Shown here: piece by piece, positions 12,501 through 24,400 of the stretch
How positions within the stretch are numbered: position 1 is the stretch's first letter
How the letters are laid out: the number at the start of each line of letters is the position of its first letter
Assembly (NCBI GenBank): GCA_036172245.1
Contig: JAYWIR010000027.1
Location: 620,001 to 684,000, forward strand
DNA length: 64,000 nucleotides
Direction of reading: 5' to 3'
From: Raillietiella orientalis
Lineage: Eukaryota
The notes under the pieces: model-generated
Seen by the model: the letters and a program-made list of their open reading frames with translations, nothing else
What the model was told of the DNA's origin: nothing
Database searches by the model: none
Translations under genes and position numbers: made by a program

Positions 12501-14416
12501 GGTAACAACTCGGCTCACAGAATCCCAATTGGAAATGAATTCAGCTGCAACAGAGGCCACCCAACGCATGCCATGGCCAATTGCAAGTGATGGAGATGCC
12601 TCCGATGGAAATGCTGGATGATGCTTCTGATCGCTTCTCCGAGACGCAAACTCAAGTTCCCTTTGTCCCACAGTTGGAGAACTAGGAAAAGTCAAGAGAC
12701 ATGAACTAAGGAATAGATCGGGGACGATGACGCCCACGGCGATTCAGAGGCTTACACAGGCTTTCCGAAGAGAGTTTAAGATCGGATTTTCTTGGAAACC
12801 CTCGTCCATGTGCGGAACCAGCAAATGGGAGAAACGGAAGAAGAGTTTCGCCCTCCCCTTCTCCCTGCTATGCAGCTGAAGACCTCATCCTGGCATCTGT
12901 GAACTGTTCTCGAAAGCAGGGCAGGACGGTTACTCCACCCTTATCCAGACGAAAGGTATCATTCCTTTGAATTCTCTCTTCCCTTCGAGGCTTGAATCGG
13001 ATATAATCGCCGGTAATTTGAAAAGTAAAGGAAACAGTTTGATTTTGTGATAGTTGAACGGAGGTCATGGAAAGGTCGTTTCCCTGATTTATACTCAAAG
13101 CTCTTTAGGGTTCCCTAATTAAGTGCTCAAGAAGACAGAAATTTCTTTACGGATAAAACAAGGTAGCACTGTGAATCAGCAGAAAAAGCGGAGTAGGGGA
13201 ATACTTGGGCTCGATGAAGCTGGCCACATGTGAACCAGGCATGCTGGGAAGAGAAGGGAGACAGATAGTGGAGCAAAGTTTACTCGTATTGAAGCTGCCA
13301 TCCGGAAGGATCGAGACATGAGGGCGGGTATAGGTCGACAAGCTTTAGGATCCGCGAATAGGTTGTTGTTGTTGTTGTTGTTTTTTCTTTGGGTTTTCCT
13401 CCGGAAGCTGACTTTTTTTTCTGAGCGTGCAATCTCATCGACACTTTTTCGCCGGAGGGCACTCTTCCCTTCTCTTATCTCGGCGGTTCCACCAAAGCTG
13501 TGAGATAACGAGGAGAGATCTGCAGGGAGATCCTGGAACTCTTCGAGTCAGCTTCCGCTGATCCGTCTGGCAGGGGAGAATCGGATAGTGTGAGTCAAGG
13601 CCGTGTAGGGGGAGGATGTCGGGAGCGGACACCTGGACGCGCTCCGGCTTTTGCTTTACGAAGGACGTCGAGCATCGACTGGCATGAAATCCTCTCAGGA
13701 GGAGCTGACGGTTCCTCGGACTCTCTTCGCGAGCAGGAAGCTGCCAACGAAGGCCAGTTTTGCGACTCGTGGGGCATTCTCAGCGCAAGCGAGTCGCCGC
13801 GCGGCTGTCCACCGACTTTGGTCCACCGCCGCGATGCTTGAACGATCCAGAGTGGTGAGATCTCAGTGATTTCAGTGTGGTAAGCGTTCGGAGGACTCGG
13901 GGAAAAAAAAAACTTTGCATGACCTTAAAAAACGAGCAAGCAAAAGCTCCCGTTCGATCTGTTCGAAGCGGATGAGAAAAGAAAACGATGGGAAAACGCT
14001 AACCGTTTAACAACTATGCCATAAAAAAATAAAAAATGCAACTTTCCAGTGTGTTTACGTAAGTACAGGTGAAAAACACTTACATGCACGCAAAACATGA
14101 GAAATCGAGAAAGCGGTCTTGGATGTTGCTGTCAAATAAGGCTTGCCGCGGTGTGAAAACAGCAAGTCCATCGGCGAGAAGAGAGAGGAGCGTGCGAAGG
14201 ATCTTCAAGGGGAAGCAGCTGCCGATTTCGGTGCTCGGAAAAATTGGCGAAAAACAGGCACTCCCAGCTCGAGTTGATTAATCAAAAACATGGCGCTTCT
14301 CTTCCCGGCGAGGCGGCAACGGGGAGAAGAAAACCTTTGGCCTACGACTCGCACCTGCAGACGCCCTGGCCCTACAATTGGCCTGTCGGGGACTCCCCGA
14401 GATCGGAGGGTTCTTT

Positions 14417-14448
<32 letters not shown>

Positions 14449-16470
14449 CAAAAGAAAAAAACAATCGCTATCGAAACGAGAAAGCAGTGTTCAAGTACCG
14501 TTTTGTTTTTTGTGTGTTGCTTCTTATTTTGTTCGGCAAATTCGATTCGTTTTTGAAGGGGGGAGGGGGAGAAAGAGGGGGCGATCGGAAGCGAAGCCAG
14601 TTCTTCAGAGAAATGGCGAACGCTTCCCGCGCTCCCTCTAGAAACGCTTCCAAAAACCGAGAATAAACAACGGCAAGGAAAAGGAAGAAGGAAAGAAAGA
14701 GAAACAAATTCTTTAGACGAACGCTTTGAGGAGAGAACCTGCAAAGTTCCTTCGGAGAGCGTGCCGCTTTCGCTCTTCTCGAAAAAGGACTTCCGGAAAC
14801 GCCTGGGAGTCCGAAGGGCGGCCGAGGCGTCGCTCCCGGAATCCGAACCAGCGACCCGTACTGTGCGCGAGGGTCGATGCAAGGGAAGCTCTGTCTCCTG
14901 ACCGCAGCACCTACCTCCTAACCTGTCGGTTTTCCCATGTATCTAAGAGACGTTGAAGGAAAAAGGAGGGAGGAGTAATTTGGTATTTTTTTTGGTCTTT
15001 GTAGGGTCGGGCGCCGACTCGGCCCGGAACTCGTGCGAGCTTCCCAAGCTGAAGCTGTCCTTTGATGAACCGAACCAGAGGCTGACCTTCATGGATTCCA
15101 TTGAGCTCACTTTCACCACGGTCACGACGATAGGTGAGCCCTCCCAAACGAACCCCCTCCCCTACCACCACGTCCTCTTATCCCTGAACCGCGACCCCGT
15201 TCTGACTCTCGTTTGCCCTAAGGGTACGGACACATCTCCCCGTTGTCAGCGGAGGGACGCGTGTTCACCATGATTTACTCCGTTCTGGGCATCCCCTTCT
15301 GCGCCCTCATACTGGCGGTGTATGCCGACGCTCTCAGCAAGAACCTCATCCGGGTGTACAACAGGAGCCTGAGGTGGTTCTTCAACAACAAACAAGACGA
15401 AAGCCACCACAAGTGGATCATCATCTCCACCTGCGTCTACTTGGCCATCGGCTTCCTCGTCTTCGTCTTCTTCCCCGCGGTCATCTTCTCCGCGGTCGAA
15501 AAGTGGAGCTACGTGGACAGCGTGTACTACGCCGTGGTCTCCGTGAGCACCATCGGATACGGGGATCTCATCCCTGCGAGTGAGTCGCCCCTTTCTTCTT
15601 CGGGAGTAACCGCTCTTTGCCCCTTTCTGGTGTGCCCCGCCCCGTCCTCCCTCCGGCGCGCGCGCGTGGGACCCGCCCGCTCGCGCCTGCGCAGAAGAGC
15701 CGGTGGGTCCCGAGGCGGCGGCGCCCGGTCCTTTCCTCGTCCTGTCCCCTCCTTTCCATCCTCCTCCTTCAACCCGTTCCTGCTCGCGCCTGAAGCTTTT
15801 CCCTGCCAGGGTCGCTGCCAGCAGCGTGGCACTACCGGCTGTTCGTGTGCGTGTGGGTGGCCATCGGTCTCTCCTACTGGATCACCGTTCTCAACTTCCT
15901 TAACAAGCTGCTGAAGTCTAAGAGGATCAAGAAGGCTATCAACCGGCGGGCGTCCGAGATCCGGGACGTCATCCAGAGGCAGATGAACCGCCACGGCAGC
16001 AAGGACCACGAGTTCCTCAGCCAGCACTCGAAGGTGGGTGGGGGAGCGCCTCGGCCCCTCCCTCACTCGGCCTCTCCCCTCCCCGCCCGCTCCAGGGCAC
16101 CTTCAACCTGATGATCGGACTGTCCGTCGCTCTGTCCGGGAAGACCAAGTTCGCGGAGGCCTCCATGGGGCAGAAGGCACCCATCTTGGGGATCGCCTCC
16201 CTGCTGAGGGCTCCGGAGACGACGGTGCCGGAGACGCTGCCACTCCACCACCACCACCAGTCGGCCATGCCAGGGCGGCCCCCGTCTGCCGCCGACGAGG
16301 GCGAGGACCAACACGACGGGGCGTCATCGCTCATCATCATCACGCCAGAGGGGGTGCAGGCCGTCGGGGGCGACTTCTTCCCGTTCCACAACCCCGCGGA
16401 CGGACCCTGCACCGGGGACGCCGAGCAACATCGCCGGGAAACCCCCGACGTCTTCCAGCCCGTCCTGTGA
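6507..16470 (+). CDS. Two-pore-domain (K2P/TWIK family) potassium channel
   Basis: Exons 6507-6648 (M1: LLYILLGSVCYMNME), optional 14717-~14872, 15005-15133 (P1 ..TTVTTI), 15223-15579 (GYGHISP, M2 YSVLGIP, M3, P2 WSYVDSVYYAVVSVSTIGYGDLIP), 15810-16033 (M4 YRLFVCVWVAIGLSY), 16096-16470 (C-tail). Phases are consistent and give 4TM/2P topology with two TIGYG filters. Confidence 0.93.
11589..12226 (+). repeat. Repeat family X, copy 2 (in K2P intron 1)
   Basis: Colinear similarity to 1100-1540; head has A-box-like TGGCAACGG and B-box-like GATTCGAATCC (~11644-11691). Confidence 0.8.
12480..13350 (-). mobile_element. Degenerate DIRS-like RT relic
   Basis: Minus frames: 'TGDYIRF...IQRNDTFRLDKGGV' (cf. 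GYxIxF...LLxKGAI), then 'LGGLCCS..QLGF..RVVTK' (cf. LPFGLxxAPRVFTK). Heavily broken. Confidence 0.35.
14419..14448. repeat. Poly(T)30 tract
   Basis: Directly visible homopolymer. Confidence 0.95.
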
Positions 16471-19400
16471 CGCCAGCTCCGCCGGCGACGGCGTCCACCC
16501 GGGGACCCTCGGGCGGCCGACGGCGGCCCCGCCCGGGGACTCAGCGCTTCCAGAGCCGCCAGTGTGATAAAGGAAAATCAGGAACATGGGGAACGATCGT
16601 CTTCGGAGAGGTTGGAGGGGGAGGGAGGCCCCGCCCTTCCCGCTTTTGCTTCCCGCCTCAGGGAGGAGGCGGTGTCGGTTTCGGCCTCTCTCGCGCGAGG
16701 GCTGCTGTGGAGGGCAGAAAGATGGGGGGGCCGAAAGGGCTGTCGTTCCTTTCTCTTTCCTTCCCCCCCCCCCGTTCGCTCTGCAAGAAACAAAAAAAAA
16801 CGAAAAAAAAAAGCGCCTTCCTCTTTTCCTGTGCCCCCTGCCGCTACGAGCACCCTCGTTGGTCCTCTTTGGAGGCCTGGGAAGGGGAAGAAACGTCCTG
16901 GGTGGCCGCCAAGCGGAGCATCCCGTGGGCACTCCCATCTTCGCGCTTCTGATGCCCTCTGCAATGGGGAGACAGGGGGTGGGCGGGGGGTTTCCAGGAG
17001 GTCTCGAAGCTCTCCCGAGGGAGGGAGGTGGGGAGGAAGCTTCTCGGCACTGCTCCTGCCTGGGGGGCATCCCTCCGGTCGCAGGTCAGCTCCTCGTCGC
17101 ACTCTCCTTGCAGCCATCCATTCCTCCTGTCTGCTTGCGTCTCCTCTACAGGAGGACGGCGTCGTCCGAGGGCGCTGGTGGGATGGGGGGGAGGAGGAAC
17201 GAGTAAGGGATGCCCACATCGATCTCTCCCCGTCGGCATCGCGGGAGGAGGGATGACGCCCTGGGCTGGGCAAAGCGGTAGGGAGAGGAGAGAGAGGGGG
17301 GAAGGAAGTGACTTTGGTTCCTTCACTCCCCCTCCCCCCCGCCGCGCGACCGGCGAGAGGAGGCGTGCGTGTCTCAGGCGGCAACGCCGAACAGGAGCCC
17401 CGCGGGCGGGACGTCGAAGGCCGCCGGCAGCGCCTCCCCGGCCTTCCTGCCGCGAAGGTCTCTCGCCAGGCGGCCACTTCCGGCCCGGCGCTCCAGGAAG
17501 CGCGAAGGGTCATAGCCCGCTCCGAGAGAAGGGTAAGAAATACCCCCTCGCTCTTCCCCTCTTGCCTCGTCGTCGTCCTCCTCCGCTTCCTCCCTCTCTC
17601 CCGCGATGCGGAAGCAGCCGCCCGGGTGAGAACGCTGCCAAGAGGCCGAAAGCAGAGGCTGCAGGGCGGCAGCGCCCTTACCGCTCGCGAGGGGAGGTCG
17701 GTGATTCGCGGGCAACCAGCATTTCCTGGAAAAGGAAGGAGACCGGAGATGAGCGGGGTCCGAGGCCGTTAGGAGGGGAATGGAGAAGGGGGGAAGTCCA
17801 CCCACCGGGGTCCACCCTCTCATTGTTTCGCCCCCCGCTCCCCCACTCCACTTCGTTTTTTCTCCCCCCAAGGAAGGCAGCCAAGCACAGGAGGACGAGT
17901 CCGGCTCGCCGCCCATCCCCACTGACCCCTTTGCCCCCTCCCCTGCTGCAGAAGTCCATCGTTTGCACCCCAGTCGCGGGGAAAGAAGCTGCCTTGCGGA
18001 TCGATCTGCGTCGCCCTCCGGGAAGAGAGGAAGGAGGAGGATTGGTGATCTGGTCGACCCTCGGCACCAGATGCCACCCTGAGTCGATTCCTTCCGGCTT
18101 CTAAGGCGGCAAGGCAGCTGCAAGGGGACGCTATCGGCAGCGATCCGCGCCCCCCCCGCCACCCCAAGATGATGCGAGCCTCCCGGACCACAGGCTGGGG
18201 AGAGGCTCTGAATGAAGAGGCCTAGAATGCCTAGAATGAAGGGTCGGACCAGTTCCAGGAAGGAGCAGTGTGGGGTCTCTCCCCGAGTCCCGGGGGACGA
18301 GAAGGGAACGGTGCTTTCCTTCGCTCTTCTCCGAATCGGGAGTTCCGGGGACTCCCGGGATTCCTCGCGTGGAGGAGGAGGATGCTTGGAGAGTCCGAAA
18401 TTCGCGCCAGATTTCGTAACTTGCCTGCGTTTTGTTTGCGTTCGTTCCCTGCGTTTGTTTTCCTCTGTTGACTAGGTGACGCGTTCGCGAGCACTCGGAT
18501 GCCAGACTCCCTGTTTCTTTCAAACACACACAAAGGCAAAGGAGAAGGGGAGGGGGGGCATGAATGCGGAAAGCGGCATCCAAAAGAAGAGCCACGGCTG
18601 TTCACGGATGTGTGACGGCATAATGTTCCGTCTGCGCGCAGCGCGCGCACCGCAGAGCGATCGACCGCCGCCGCAAACTCGCGCGGGTGATCGCCGACAG
18701 CTACTGAGAGGACGCGTGGCAGGAATGGGAAGGGGGGGAGGGGGGGCACCGAGGGGAAACGGGTAGGGACCCGGCCACCGAAGCCGACGAGTCGGGGATG
18801 TGGGCAAGTCCCGGACGCTACGCGAGAGGGGCAAGGCACGGCACGGGGGTCAGCGAGCGCGGCTGGTGCCGAAACATCCCAAGTAGACTTCCCTCTGCGA
18901 TGCCCGCACCTGAGGCCAGCGGGCGCCCGGCTCCAACGTCATTGGAGACTGGAAATGAGGACGAGAATCGGAAGGACACCCGAGGAGTGGAAGTGAGACG
19001 AGGGAGCACGTGTGAAAGCAAGAAAGAGAGGGAGGGAGAGCGGCGATCAAAACAGCTGGCTTGGAGGAAGCGGATGTGCACACAGAACGAGCGCTTCCGA
19101 ATCACTTCGAAAACGATTTCCTTACATTAAGGGGAGCAAATTCCCTTCCCCGACCGGCGATAAGGGGAGGGAATCAAACAGGGGAAAAGAAATGCTTGCC
19201 AAGCTTCTACGGTCGCGAGCATCCATTCCCGCAGGAAGAAACGCGTTCCAGCCACGGATAATTTCCCCATCCAAAAAAGCAAATAAACTTGGGATCACGC
19301 CTGTACTTCGCGCCCGTGCTTCCCGAAGGAAGATCTTTTCGCGCGCTTGGTGATCGAAATCCTCACTGCTGCCCGCTCTCTCGTCCTGGCGTTACGCGTT

Positions 19401-21599
19401 CCAAAACAGTAAGATATAAATAAACGATTTGCCCCCAGCCTGGACCTGTTCTAGACCTAAACCCATGCCTTTCTGATGGCCCAACAAATGCTCGTAAACC
19501 CGAATTGTGCCCCAAATGCTTCAGATCCGTTCGTAATGGCACACTTCTGCAGGAGAACAACGCCATCGCAAGAGAGAACGTTCGTTTGATAACGCCGCTC
19601 GGAGGGAGACGTGTCTCGACCTTTCAAACGTGTGGTGCAAACGGTAAACCACCACGAGCAGAAGAAGCTGAAGCGGGCTCCCCGCCAGCTACATCGTTTC
19701 AAAATCTCCAACGTGAGATCCGTACACACGGGAGACGGAAACGGAGCCGAATTAACGGAAACGCAGAGTTTGCGGCGCTCTTGGCTCCAGGAGCACACCG
19801 CTCGTGCGTGGCTGCCGGGTGAGCGTGGACGGAGAAACCGCGGGCCAAGCGCCGAAGCCGAGCCCACCACCGGCGAAACCAACCAATGTCGAGAAACCAA
19901 CAGGAAGCTGTTCCAGCAGTTCCTCTTCTGCTCGCCCCGCATTCCCGAGTGCGAGCAGCCGCACTTCCCAGTTGGCGTTTCTCTCGGAAGGAAGCACAGG
20001 GTGCACGTTGGCGGAGAGAGGAGGAATTGATGCGCTGAGCGCAGCTCCGTGGCAACGCACAACTGCTTTCGAGCGCTCGCGCCGGGACCGAGCCAACTCT
20101 CTCCCGACTGGGGGAATTCGGCTACCCCAGGCTTGGACGCTGCTGACGATGACACGGGGATGCCCTCCAGGGCAGGGAACCCCACGCCAATCCCAAATCT
20201 CCGGTCCGGACGCTGGAGAAAGGGCCTGTCACTGGTGCCGATTCTGGGACTAGGAGAATCCGAGACGGAAAGGAGAGGAGGGCAGAGAACAGAGCAGCGT
20301 GCCTTCCCGCAGGAACGTGCAGCTTCTGGGGGAGGGCAGCGAGAAAATGGATTCAGACCACTACCTGCCCGCCACCTCCTACGGCTTTCTCCACTTCTAG
20401 TGACCCCTCCCTGCGCACGAAACATCTAGGGGAAGCAGAGGATGGGTGTTCACGGGAAGGCGGGAGGGAGGGAGAAAAACAAAAAAAAAACGGAGGCCCC
20501 TCTTTGGGTAGGCAGAGGTTAGTCGGGAGTCGGTTGGTGCCCACCAGTCCCTGGCCTCCCCCCCCCCCCAGATCACCTGAGAAGGAACATCACGAAGACG
20601 ACGCACACGACTGGGGCGAGAGTGGTCAGCCCCGCCAGGTAGGCGTCCGGCGGGATTGGTGCTGCGGTCCTGCCTGAGGAGGAGACATCGAGAAAGGGGA
20701 GAGTCACCCTCAGCTCTCCCTGCACGGTCCCTTCTGGTTCCGCCCGCCTTTGGCCACGACCTGTCTGCCGGTTGCCTCGACGACGGGAGGAGGAGGAGAG
20801 GGTTTCGGGTGCGCCAGCCGACGACCCCGAGGCGACCCTGCTTCCCATCTGCCCCCATCCCCGCCTGGCCGACCGGAGGAGATGCGCGCGCCCCCTGGCA
20901 GGACGAGTGTCCAGGAAGGTGGAGTGCTCTTTCCCCGCCCCCCACCCTTCCTTCCTCCCCGCCCGGGACTGCCCCTTCCGGTCTTCATGGGAGATGGCGG
21001 GGAGCGCGCCCCGGGCAGCGGAATCCCTCTCGCCACGTACCTCTGGCCCACGAAGACGCATTCATCCGGCCGCACTCGGGTGCTGTCGCTCCGCACGAGT
21101 GGGCACGTCCTTCTCTCTGCTGCGTCGAAGGGGAAGCTAGGGGGAGGGGGGGAAGACGGGACTCAAGTGGACGGAGGACGGGACGCAAGTGCTGTCCGCG
21201 ATAACTCGGTCGGGATCGTAGGCGATTGGCTGGCCCTCCATCCGCCCGGCCGCGCGCCGCTCCGGTCAGCGCACGCGCGCTGTCGCCCCGTCAGAGGAAC
21301 GCGCGCCCCGGGATCGAGAGGGCCGGAAGGAGACGACGACGAAGGGACGGAGGGGGGGAGTGGGGAACAAGAGCGCGAAAGCGAGCGACTTCCACGGGCC
21401 TATGAGCGTGTGGCGCGCGTCACGGGTGACGTCACGCGTGATGTGTGCTGAGACGCGTGTCTCGGGGACGTATGTGACGCGCCGCGTCGTCCTGTGACCG
21501 TGATGTGCCGTGCATCTCGAGAAGTTTCGTGTGACTCGTGACACGATGCTTCGTGAGACCCTTACCGTGGTGTTTGTGCACGCTCCAGGTGCGTGTCGT

Positions 21600-24400
21600 G
21601 TCGGGAGTCATGGGAAGGGGAGTGGGGGGCCGTTGCTGAGGGTGACTGCCTTCCGAGGCAGGTAAGAGTCGGTCTTTCCTATCCCCCATCCGCACCCTCC
21701 GGAACAGGCGGCGCGCCACGTGTGCCCCTGCGGACCCCACACGTTGCGTGAGTTCTCGAAAGTCCGGAGGATCTTTGCGGAGAAAGACCCCTCGCCGCCC
21801 AGCAACGGACTGGAGCCCCACGCGGCGTTGAAGGCCGAGCAGGTGTGGGCCGGGACGGAGACGAGAGAGAACAGGTGGTGAGTCAGGGGCCGAAACTACG
21901 ACGCGGCACTGTCCCAGTCTTCTCCTCCGCTCTCTGGAGCAAGTCCGTCCCACAGCAACCGGACTGCTTCAAGAGAACGTAGCCTCCGAAGCACCGGTGA
22001 TGACCAACCCCCAGAGTCCTGCTTCGGGAGCTGTCTCCTTAGGACCGAGAGTCCCGGAAAAGGCCCCTTCCTGAGCCGCGGCTCGCTACCTCTCCCTGAC
22101 CCCACACGCGGACACCAGAGAACCATCCTTCCCTTTCCTTGAGCACGCGCAACGAGCACGAGGATGAGTGCACCCTTCACGGCCCTGCCGATTCTCCACT
22201 TCGGGTCCTGCCCACCCGCCCTAATGAAATCCTCAGCGAGAGGGAAGGGTCCGCGAGCCAAGCCCGACGACTATGGCGGTGTGCGGGAGACTGCAGCCAC
22301 CGCCTTCGCTCTCGCAAACTGCTTCTCTGCCTAAGCAGGATGGTCGCGGAGCGTGTGGCTCACCCACTAGAACTGAGCCCTAAAATCCCCTGGGACGCCG
22401 ACGCCGCCCACGCCCCAAACATAGGCAGAGAGGGAGGCGTCCGGGGAATCTGTGGCTTCTTTCCGAGGAAGCACTACGGAGGTGCTCCCACTGGAGGGGC
22501 GCAGCGGGGAAGCCTCCGTCTCGTACCGTCGGCGGCGGCACCCCGGGGCGCAGGTGCGCACTACCTCGCCAGTGGAGCATCCCTCTCAGGGCGCCGCTTT
22601 CTTCGCCTCGCCCAGCTTCCGGCCGTCCTCGGTGCCAGCCAGTCCGGAACCCCTCGACCTGCCTCGCCTTGCCGGATCACCTCCCCTGCCCAATCCCTGG
22701 ACCCTCACTTCCTCGCAGGGGGGTGGCCGACCCTTTTGCCGCCCCGCCACCTGTTCTCGACTTCCGGCACCGCTTCGCTTATCCCACCCGGTACGTGGCG
22801 AAGGATCCGGAGGACCGCCCTCATGACGAAGATGCTCTGGTCTCTCCCCTCGCATCGTGGACAAGCAGCGGTCCCGCGGCCGAGTTCCAAGAGCCCTCGG
22901 CAGGAGGGCGGCTGGCATCGACTGACACAACGCTGTGGGTCGTTGGCTCGCCGCGCCATTCCACTCCAACAGCCGGCCGACTGCCCTGAAGAACCGGTGG
23001 CACTTGGCATGGCTTTTGAAAGAAACCCTGAGAGCAGAGCTCAGGGGGAAGGATCCCTCGTTGCCCTGGAAACCCGCGGGCGGGCTGGCGGCGAGAGACG
23101 GCACGCTTGAGCTGGAAGGCGGTGCGCCGACCCGGAGGGCGCCTTCTGACTGCGTGCGGAGCCACGGTCCACCCGGCGGGTCCCATCACTGGAACCCCGC
23201 CCCGTCTCGGGCTCCTTTCTCGAAGTTGGCCATTCTTCCTTCCATCGGTGCCACTCTTCTCCAGAAGCAGACGTCTGGACCGCGGAGGCGCTGATGCCGT
23301 ATAGGGACACCGTTCCTCTCAGCCTCTTTCGGGAGCATCCTGTTGGCCCGGACCCTCCTTCGCTCCGCCAGCGTGTCTACAGGGTCTGCGCCCCTCTCAG
23401 GCGCAGGTGCGGGCGAGAAAGAGGGAGGCGGCAAGCCGACGGCGCTACCTCGTCTTCACGCTTCTTCCGTGACCTCCGCTGTCTCTACGCCCGTGGTCAG
23501 GTCGGACTAGCGGAGGGGGAGGAGGCGAAGGTGGACTTCCGACGACCCTTCGAGGCCCTGTCAAATCTCAAATCCTGGTCCTCCCTCCCGCCCTAATAAA
23601 ATCTCGTGGAGAGGGAAAGGGCCGAGGGCCAAGCCCGACGACTACGGCGGTGCGAGCGAGCCTCTAGCCACGACCTTCACCCTCGCGTAATCCTTCTCTC
23701 CCCAAGCAGGATGGTTGCGGAGTGTGTGGCACACTCACCGGCACTGCGCCCTTAAACCTCCCCGGACGCCGACGCACGCCCACGTCCCCTGCATCTGCAG
23801 GCAGCGAGGCCATTCGACCGCCTAGTGGGCTTCGGGTGACCGCCTAGTGGGTCACTTCCGGAGACTCCTTTCGCGTTAAGGCCGCTGCCTGCGTGTGCTC
23901 CTCCCCCCCTTCCTGAGGTGGTCCGCCGAACCACTTCTTTAGGGCAGTTCCGGTCGAGTCCCCGCGATTTACGCGCGATTGGTCGGTTCGCAGGCGGACC
24001 GCCGGACTCGGCGCACCCCCTTTCGTGTCCTCCGAGGGCGCACGCAATCCGTCCTCTCTTCCCGGCGCGGAGGACGTGCTGCGAGCCGGCAACTTTGTTC
24101 CTGCCGATCGCTGAGCGCGCGGCGTCCGGGAGTCACCTGGCCAGAATGTCTTCCCCGTGACAGGTGGTCCGGAGCAGGGGGAGCCGCCAGCGGGTCCCTG
24201 CTATCTCCTCGCTTGACCTCCCCTCCTGTCGTCAAGAGAGCGGGTCGAGAGCGCGCTCGCGCCCTTCTCCGAACTCCATCCCACCCCCACGCAGAAGTCG
24301 CTCGCAACCTCAGCCTCCGAGCGCGTTTTCCCTCGAGAGCGGGCGACTCCGCTACCGTCTGGCGCTTTCTCTCCTGAGACAAGGAGGGTGTCCCAGGGGT
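21600..24400 (-). mobile_element. L1/Tx1-type LINE ORF2 relics (at least two stacked copies)
   Basis: Minus frames: 'SRDPLAAP' (cf. QGDPLS), 'SADHL' (cf. YADD), 'SGLNAK', and 'FLGKKPQIPR..LCL..GGVGVP.DF' (cf. FLW..K..GGLG.PD). 22190-22420 and 23570-23790 are diverged direct copies of the same region. Confidence 0.6.
23912..24207 (+). repeat. Inverted repeat A, left arm (296 bp)
   Basis: Reverse complement of 29609-29904; no mismatch found by eye and the ORF-track peptides are identical. Confidence 0.95.

Noticed and set aside
12630..12640. ATCGCTTCTC, matching the U2 snRNA 5' end
   Set aside because: Only 10 nt match; the downstream sequence is unlike U2.
16480..21400. Many 200-360 aa ORFs downstream of the K2P gene
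   Set aside because: Low-complexity GC-rich frames without recognisable motifs or splice support.
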